Shown here: positions 57,945 through 64,000 of the stretch, piece by piece | How positions within the stretch are numbered: position 1 is the stretch's first letter | Layout: each line of letters opens with the position of its first letter | Assembly (NCBI GenBank): GCA_043803945.1 | Contig: JAZDJN010000061.1 | Location: forward strand, 1-64,000 | Length of the DNA: 64,000 nt | Origin: a bacterium | GTDB taxonomy: Bacteria > Bacteroidota > Ignavibacteria > UBA10030 | Direction: 5' to 3' | The notes under the pieces: generated by a model | The model's database searches: none | The model's input: the letters and a program-made list of their open reading frames with translations, nothing else | Told to the model about the DNA's origin: nothing | Translations under genes and position numbers: made by a program

Positions 57945-59233
57945 TGCTTTTCTGCTCCTTCTTTCGGTACAAACTTTGTTTCACGGGTCACTTCAGATCG
58001 CGAACGTGCCCAAGCCGGGGGATCGCTCAGGATCGGCATTCTGTTGACGATCCATCGAAGAACGATAATCTCGGCAACGACTACACCCAGTGTGATCTCG
58101 AGTTCCATCCATGAGGGAATATATCTCTCAATTGCATACCATTTGAAAGCGATGATCGAGACATTCAATCTATTTATAACAATTCCTATGAGTGTCACAA
58201 CAGCCGCAATTCGGATCAACGACAAATTGCGGAATCGCACCGCTTGAGTATAGAGACGCACGGGAATCAGGACGAATCCCACAACCTCAACAAGGAACCA
58301 CCATCCCATCGGCGTATTAATGTAATTCCACTGTTGCCCATGGATAAACACAAGGACTTTCAGGAAGAAGTAGATATACATTGTTCCCGCACACACCCGT
58401 GCCAGACCGATCACGATGTCGTCGTGCTCCAAACGATGTTGAGGACTGATTTGTTTTCTGAATACCTTCTGACTGATTGATCCTTCGAAAATGACCATGG
58501 ACAACCCAGCAAAAATGCTGGAAACGAAAAAGAGGATCGGTATGAATTCGGAGTACCAGAGGGGATGGATTTTGCTCTTCGCCATCAGGAACAGGGCACC
58601 AAGACCGGATTGATGCAACGTAGAGAGTGTGATCCCAAAAATGACGGCACCGAGGGTCAATCCGCCAAGGAACTTCCGAATCCGTTTCCATCCCAGCCAT
58701 TCGGCGATTGCCGGAGAGAATTCGACGAACTCAGCTATCATATACAGCATGAAGTGCCACGCAACAAGAAACATCACCGAACTCACACCAAACGAATTGC
58801 CAATAATGGGATTTATGACGTTCCACGGGCGTCCCAGGTCAAACAGGAGCGCACCCGCGTAGAAGACGTAGGCCAGGAAACCGTTCAGAACGGTTATGCG
58901 CACGATCGGATGGTACTTCTCGAGGCGAAGGATGTAGACCATAAATGTCACAACATACGCTCCGCCTGCGAAAGCAACACCTGTGATGACGTCAAACCCG
59001 ATCCAAATTCCCCAGGGGAAGTCCTGAGAAAGGTTGGTGGTCGATGCGAGCCCTTTGGTGAACCGTATCACGAGAAGAACCGCCGCTGTCGCGAGCACAA
59101 CAGCAGCGAACAGGTTGAACGGAGTCAACAGCTTTCCTTTCGGTTTCATTTCACTCTTGAGAAAGCTACCGAACCGTTTGGTTTCAGAGATCAGGAGAGA
59201 CCACTTATTCTCATTGTCCGTCTGGTGTTCCAT
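57926..59233 (-). CDS. NrfD/PsrC family membrane protein (HybB/HmcC-like)
   Basis: PWGIWIGFDV..GVAFAGG, DLGRPW, SSVMFLV, LSTLHQSGLG, HPLWYS, NRLNV, YIPSWME. Confidence 0.9.
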   Translation of the reverse strand: MEHQTDNENKWSLLISETKRFGSFLKSEMKPKGKLLTPFNLFAAVVLATAAVLLVIRFTKGLASTTNLSQDFPWGIWIGFDVITGVAFAGGAYVVTFMVYILRLEKYHPIVRITVLNGFLAYVFYAGALLFDLGRPWNVINPIIGNSFGVSSVMFLVAWHFMLYMIAEFVEFSPAIAEWLGWKRIRKFLGGLTLGAVIFGITLSTLHQSGLGALFLMAKSKIHPLWYSEFIPILFFVSSIFAGLSMVIFEGSISQKVFRKQISPQHRLEHDDIVIGLARVCAGTMYIYFFLKVLVFIHGQQWNYINTPMGWWFLVEVVGFVLIPVRLYTQAVRFRNLSLIRIAAVVTLIGIVINRLNVSIIAFKWYAIERYIPSWMELEITLGVVVAEIIVLRWIVNRMPILSDPPAWARSRSEVTRETKFVPKEGAEKQWVINM

Positions 59234-60080
59234 AGAATTCCTGGTCGCTTTCTTTTTTGGTTGCGTTGCTTAGGCCAAGCAGGAACGCCGGCCACAGAGT
59301 GAGTACCACGGGCACTGCGTAGAGATAGTCTTTGCTGAGTTCCGGATACGGGATTGTTCCCAGGTCAGTCCGAAATCCGAGTTGCCCAAACGGAACACTG
59401 GCAAGATACATGTAGCTTGTCCCTCCAGCCTCATCCTCGCCGTATATGTGGTGTGCATAGGTTGACGGATTGTTCGCGATGAGAGCTCTCCCCGTCTCTA
59501 TCAACTCCCTGCGGTTTCCGAATTTAATTGCCTCAGCCGGGCAAGCATCTGCACAGGCCGGACTCTTGCCTTCTTCGAGCCGATCCCAGCAGAGATTGCA
59601 TTTTTGAATCTTCGGAATCGCGCTGTCATACTCAAACTTGGGAACGTCGAAGGGGCAGGAAAGCATACAGAAGCGGCAACCCATGCATTTATCCTCACGC
59701 CATATGACCGGTCCTTCCTCGGTCTTCAACATCGCTTTTGTAAGGCACGCTGAGGCACAGGCAGGTTGATTACAATGCATGCATTGCTTTTTGACAAACA
59801 TCTCCCCTTTGTCTGTTTGAAAGCGATTGACCACAGACCACTGGATCGTCGACAGCGACCTTTCTTTCTTGAACACCTCGGGATTGGAATCGGGTTCGGG
59901 GAATCCGTGAGCTTCCGCGCAGGCGAGCTCGCAGCTTCGGCACCCGACACAACGCGTGGTATCAACGAGTACTCCGATGAATTCCTTATTCTCCGATCTA
60001 TTTTCAGCCTCCGCGCGATCTACCCCAAGTACCGCTACTCCTACTCCGCTCAGTGTTTTGACAAAGTTCCTTCGATTCAT
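59211..60080 (-). CDS. Tat-exported multi-[4Fe-4S] protein (HybA/HmcB/NrfC-like) with C-terminal TM
   Basis: MNRRNFVK Tat motif; CVGCRSCELAC, CMHCNQPACASAC, CMGCRFCMLSCP, KCNLC...PACADACP; IYGEDEAGGT. Confidence 0.92.
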   Translation of the reverse strand: MNRRNFVKTLSGVGVAVLGVDRAEAENRSENKEFIGVLVDTTRCVGCRSCELACAEAHGFPEPDSNPEVFKKERSLSTIQWSVVNRFQTDKGEMFVKKQCMHCNQPACASACLTKAMLKTEEGPVIWREDKCMGCRFCMLSCPFDVPKFEYDSAIPKIQKCNLCWDRLEEGKSPACADACPAEAIKFGNRRELIETGRALIANNPSTYAHHIYGEDEAGGTSYMYLASVPFGQLGFRTDLGTIPYPELSKDYLYAVPVVLTLWPAFLLGLSNATKKESDQEFYGTPDGQ

Positions 60081-60159
60081 GGATTCCTCTAGCTTAGGTG
60101 TACGGCTGCTCGGCTACTGGATGATCAGTACCGTTCTAATTACCTCACTGGAACCAGCA

Positions 60160-61308
60160 CTAGCGCCTGAAAAACTTGCTGACGACGATATTCCATTCAC
60201 GGTCTTCCAACTTCCCCATTTGCCCGGAATGCAGAGAGTCATTACTCCCGTTTCCTCCACCATTTGGTCGACCGACGGATTTGATGAAGTGGTCAATTTC
60301 TGTTTGGAAGAAGCTCACCGCTGTCTTGCCGATCTTGAGTTTCGAGAGCTCTGCGTCGAAGTTCTCTGCGTCAACGACACAAATCCAGTTTCTGCCGTAC
60401 GGAGTGATCTCCAGCGCCTCAAGGTGTTCACCGAGATACTTGTTGATCTTCGTGACGCGGCCGCTGACAGGAGCTTGGAACGGGATCATTCGATGTCCGC
60501 ATCGTATAGAGAAGAGGGGCTGCCCGGCGTTCACAGTCATCCCAAGATTCGGGAACTCGATATCATCGATTCGCCCAAGCAGTTTCTTGGCAAAATCATC
60601 GACGCCGATCTTGACACCTCCATCCGATTCCATCGTGAGCCAACAATGACCTTCGGAGATGAACGCTCCCCCCGGAATAGCGAACTCGGCAGTCGGGAAG
60701 TATCCCATTTCCGTCACGTGGCTGACATGCACCCTGGGTTTCAGCTCGCTGTTAATTCTCTCCTGACGTCGGAAGAGGAATTTCTTCACCAACTCTATCA
60801 GTTCGTTCTCCGTGAAAGGCTTCTGAACATAATCCATCGCCCCATGTTTCATACACTCCACGGCCGATTGTACAGTTGCATATCCCGTCACGATAATGAC
60901 ATCGATATCGGGGCGTAGATGCTTCACGGACTTCGCTACCTCCTCGCCAGTCATTCCAGGCATCTTCAGATCCGTGAAAAGAAAATCATAGTGATGCTGC
61001 TGGATGAGACCGAGAGCTTCAGAACCAGTTTCGACTGTATCAATGGAATAGCCGTCGAGAACGAGAATCTTTCGAAAACTGTCGAGAATGACAGATTCAT
61101 CGTCCACACAGAGAATCCGAGCTTTCGGATTCTGCACTTCGGCGCGTTTCAACGATTTCGCCTCCCGGCTGAAGTCGAGCCTCAAGCTAACCGCCAAGGC
61201 AGCCTCCCGCTCCTCCCTCAGCTTTTTTTCCTTCATTTTCTTTAACGTGATGCGAAGCAGAAAGTCAGCTACAACAAAGATGATAAGAGCGAGAATGAAC
61301 AATGGCAT
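60160..61308 (-). CDS. Membrane-anchored receiver domain + GcvH-like domain fusion
   Basis: Start MPLFILAL after AGGAGG; receiver CVDDE...TDLKMPG...VTGYA...QKPF; C-terminal HCWL...IGVDDFAKKLLG...APVSGRVTKIN...PYGRNWI. Confidence 0.88.
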   Translation of the reverse strand: MPLFILALIIFVVADFLLRITLKKMKEKKLREEREAALAVSLRLDFSREAKSLKRAEVQNPKARILCVDDESVILDSFRKILVLDGYSIDTVETGSEALGLIQQHHYDFLFTDLKMPGMTGEEVAKSVKHLRPDIDVIIVTGYATVQSAVECMKHGAMDYVQKPFTENELIELVKKFLFRRQERINSELKPRVHVSHVTEMGYFPTAEFAIPGGAFISEGHCWLTMESDGGVKIGVDDFAKKLLGRIDDIEFPNLGMTVNAGQPLFSIRCGHRMIPFQAPVSGRVTKINKYLGEHLEALEITPYGRNWICVVDAENFDAELSKLKIGKTAVSFFQTEIDHFIKSVGRPNGGGNGSNDSLHSGQMGKLEDREWNIVVSKFFRR

Positions 61309-61385
61309 GACGTACCTCCTTTGAACATAATGATCTGCACACAATGTGCTCGACCAGCAGGAATATTATCTTTTAATTTACGTTT

Positions 61386-62207
61386 TCAATGATCTCCGAT
61401 ACATGTTGTCAGCTGTTTGAGCGCATAGGCCACATCTGTTGGGAGGATCCGGTACAACCACGCGGCGAAGTAAGGATCCTTTTCGAGCGCCTTTGGACTT
61501 GCGAGAAGCGTTTCGTTCCGTTCGACGATCCTTCCGCTGATCGGACTCAGGACATTGTGGACGAGACCATCCTCCGATGCGATCTCTGCACACGCCGAGC
61601 CCTGCACAATCTCGTAGTTCAAATCGTAATAACGAACTTCCGCGACGGCTGATACAGTTTTAACGAAAATGTCCGTGACGCCAATCAGGCCGCTGCCGTT
61701 CGGCTCGATGCATGCCCAGCTTAAATTCCCCAGACGGTGGTAATTGGCTGGACACGGCACGGCCAGACCGGATAGATCAATCTCACCCTCACCTCGCGGC
61801 ACTGTGTTTTGAGTCAGCGTATGATACCGGAGACCGCGATGAATCGCACTTTCGAGTTCATCTGCGGTAAAAGGTTTCGGCACAAAATCAATCGCTCCAT
61901 TCTTCAGCGCGTTTACGGCGTTTTGCATCGTCGAGTATCCAGTGATCATTATCAGCGGAGTGAGGACCCCCACACGTTTCATTGAATCAAGAATATAAAA
62001 ACCGTTGAGTTCTGGCAACATGATATCACACACAACGAGCCTGTACGTGTTCTTTTGGAGCTTCTCCAATCCCGTCCTTGCTTCTGCAGCTGATTCGATG
62101 GTCAGTCCTCCGGCCTCGCAAACCCTGCACACCCCATCCCGAACGACCTGTTCATCGTCAATCACAAGTATATCAATCGGTTTACTCACAGCACTCACCC
62201 TTTTCAA
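61386..62207 (-). CDS. Receiver domain + GcvH-like domain fusion
   Basis: Receiver VIDDE...CDIMLP...ITGYS...PKPF; C-terminal SWA...IGVTDIF...SPISGRIVERN...DPYFAAWLYRI. Confidence 0.88.
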   Translation of the reverse strand: MKRVSAVSKPIDILVIDDEQVVRDGVCRVCEAGGLTIESAAEARTGLEKLQKNTYRLVVCDIMLPELNGFYILDSMKRVGVLTPLIMITGYSTMQNAVNALKNGAIDFVPKPFTADELESAIHRGLRYHTLTQNTVPRGEGEIDLSGLAVPCPANYHRLGNLSWACIEPNGSGLIGVTDIFVKTVSAVAEVRYYDLNYEIVQGSACAEIASEDGLVHNVLSPISGRIVERNETLLASPKALEKDPYFAAWLYRILPTDVAYALKQLTTCIGDH

Positions 62208-62250
62208 GAGAATGCGTTGACGGCGACGTGCGCCGTACGATCATGGCTCT

Positions 62251-63999
62251 TCACGAAATAGGGAGCCGGATTCTGAAGGTAGTCCCGCTGCCAAGTTCGC
62301 TTTCCACCGAGATCGTACCATTATGATTATCGATAATCCCCCAGATTACCGCTAATCCAAGTCCTGTTCCCTTCTGACCCTTCGTCGTGAAGAATGGCTC
62401 GAAGATCCTCGATAGGTCTTCCTTTGGGATGCCAACACCTGTATCTGCAACGCACACTTCCACGTACACCTTCTTCCCGACAGAGTCAACAGTAGCCCAT
62501 CGTTGCCAGCCGCACTTTGTATTGATGCAAAACTCGACATCTCCCTGCGCCGGGATCGAAAACGAGAACAGGTTGCTGCCGCACACAGGGCACTTGCCCT
62601 CTTCCATCACGAGAGAGACATTACATTCAGGGCAAACAACATCGAGTTGTTTGTCTTCACGGACTTCGAATTTATATCGATGGCGATTGAGTCCATAAAT
62701 GGGATCCAACATAATGAATCCTTCATCTCCGTTGGATCGCGCTTTTACTCTGATGGAGGGAATACCCTCGATCTTGAACTCCGTGGTAATCAAGTCGTGA
62801 CCGCTCGGACAGCGTGCAGCCTTGATATGGACAATTCCTTGTGGAGGTAATCTCAGGATACCCGAGGCGATCGTCACCGTACCCGTGCTATCCTCGATTG
62901 CATCGGCGGCGTTGACCAGGAGATTGACAAACACCTGCTGCATTTGATTAGGATCCAGAGTGATTTTCGGAACGTGAGGATCGATGCTGCGAACAACCTT
63001 CAGCCCTTTGATGGCAAGTTGATGCTCAACAACTGCCACAGAGCGGTCTATGATTTCATTGATATTAGAGAGGCTCTTCTTTGGAATAGACTGCCGGGCG
63101 AAATCGAGAAGGCTCTTGACAATCTCCCTGCTTCTGATTGTCTCGCGAACAATAATCTTCAGATCGTCATGCAACTCCGGATTGTTCTGGCTTCTCTTGA
63201 GCAGAAAGCTCGCGTACGTCAGAACTCCCGTCAAAGGATTGTTGATTTCGTGAGCTATCCCGGCCGCCAGACGTCCGAGAGAGGCCATTTTGTCTGATTG
63301 AAACAACTGGAGTCGGGCCTCGGATAGCTTCATGGTCATCGTGTTAAAAGATTGCGCCAGAAAACCAATGTCATCCTTTCCCAGATCTGGAACCGTATAG
63401 CTGAGGTTTCCGCTTCCGACCTGTTTTGTGGCGTCAAGAAGTACGCCTACCGGTTTGCTCACCCATCGATTGACGAAGTACGCGATGATGAGGCTCGCCG
63501 CGATTATGGCGCTCAAAGCAAATACGCCGATCTGGATGGCACTTGCCTGAATCCTCTCGTCCACATCTGCGAGGGAGATCGTCACGTCCAGTACACCAAG
63601 AACCTGCTGCTGACTCGAGTGGGCGTGACATGAAGCATCCCAACATGATCGCTCGGTATAGATCGGGTTGATGACACCGAACACCCTTGCAGAATCAGGA
63701 TGAATGCGGAAGATGCGCGTTCGTTCCGAAATGGAGAGCCTCTCGAGAGGCTTGTCCGCGGCGTGGCATCCATAACAGCTCTCGGCTTGTTTGTCTACCA
63801 TCCGACCGATGCTTTCCTTGCGCGAGGAGTAGATGATCTCTCCTTCCTTGTTTAGCACGCGAACTTCGTTGATGGCAGGATCCGATCCGATGTCATTGAT
63901 GATGATATGGATTCGTTCCCGCTGATTCAGGAGCATATCGTACCGCGTTCCGTTCCGTACCGTTTCGCTCAACTGCATCGCGTGCCGCTCGACTTCAGC
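62251..63999 (-). CDS. Sensor histidine kinase with putative heme-c periplasmic domain and a Cys-rich insertion in the HATPase domain (5' end outside the window)
   Basis: Frame is open to the edge (AEVERHAM...); CYGCH, CWDASCH, TM, HAMP, IAHEINNPL, NAADAI-[Cys-rich insert]-DTGVG, FEPFFTTK, GTGLGL. Confidence 0.9.
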   Translation of the reverse strand, partial: AEVERHAMQLSETVRNGTRYDMLLNQRERIHIIINDIGSDPAINEVRVLNKEGEIIYSSRKESIGRMVDKQAESCYGCHAADKPLERLSISERTRIFRIHPDSARVFGVINPIYTERSCWDASCHAHSSQQQVLGVLDVTISLADVDERIQASAIQIGVFALSAIIAASLIIAYFVNRWVSKPVGVLLDATKQVGSGNLSYTVPDLGKDDIGFLAQSFNTMTMKLSEARLQLFQSDKMASLGRLAAGIAHEINNPLTGVLTYASFLLKRSQNNPELHDDLKIIVRETIRSREIVKSLLDFARQSIPKKSLSNINEIIDRSVAVVEHQLAIKGLKVVRSIDPHVPKITLDPNQMQQVFVNLLVNAADAIEDSTGTVTIASGILRLPPQGIVHIKAARCPSGHDLITTEFKIEGIPSIRVKARSNGDEGFIMLDPIYGLNRHRYKFEVREDKQLDVVCPECNVSLVMEEGKCPVCGSNLFSFSIPAQGDVEFCINTKCGWQRWATVDSVGKKVYVEVCVADTGVGIPKEDLSRIFEPFFTTKGQKGTGLGLAVIWGIIDNHNGTISVESELGSGTTFRIRLPIS

Positions 64000-64000
64000 A

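Noticed and set aside
57926-60080. Calling this a [NiFe]-hydrogenase-2 (hyb) operon
   Set aside because: No large or small hydrogenase subunit or maturation gene in the window, so no gene symbols were assigned.
56359-62207. Functional glycine cleavage or sHdr-LbpA system
   Set aside because: No P, T, L, lipoylation or sHdr genes in the window, and the canonical lipoyl-Lys motif is absent.

Overview
Chromosomal window from a Gram-negative, probably anaerobic or facultative FCB-group bacterium. The GWxTD proteins, the TonB receptor/T9SS cargo/PorV triad and the DUF1015-serA-serC set suggest an Ignavibacteria-like lineage (inference). Left to right: (1) the 5' part of a large secreted protein with a 171-aa tandem repeat, truncated at the window edge and missed by the ORF track; (2) a divergent glycosylation operon: methyltransferase, Glu/Leu/Phe/Val dehydrogenase-like enzyme, GT2/GT4 enzymes, a GT2-flippase fusion and a TMEM260/DUF2723-like GT-C protein with TPRs; (3) a cobalamin riboswitch with a BtuB-like receptor; (4) two gamma-glutamyltransferases around a YhcG/DUF1016 nuclease, ssb, two GWxTD proteins, an NHL protein and a degenerate PIG-L protein; (5) outer-membrane/T9SS genes; (6) a REP-associated tyrosine transposase (RAYT) flanked by 3+4 direct 69-72 bp repeat units; (7) two 2-oxoacid:ferredoxin oxidoreductase operons around DUF1015-serA/serC; (8) an unusual signalling/redox locus. 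That locus has two putative heme-c sensor kinases (one with a Cys-rich domain inserted in its ATPase domain), four GcvH-like proteins lacking a canonical lipoyl-lysine site (two fused to receiver domains), a Tat Fe-S protein plus NrfD/HybB pair with no catalytic subunit in the window, a sigma54 activator and an archaemetzincin. It is the best candidate for an undescribed system. All calls come from motif recognition by eye; no database searches were run.
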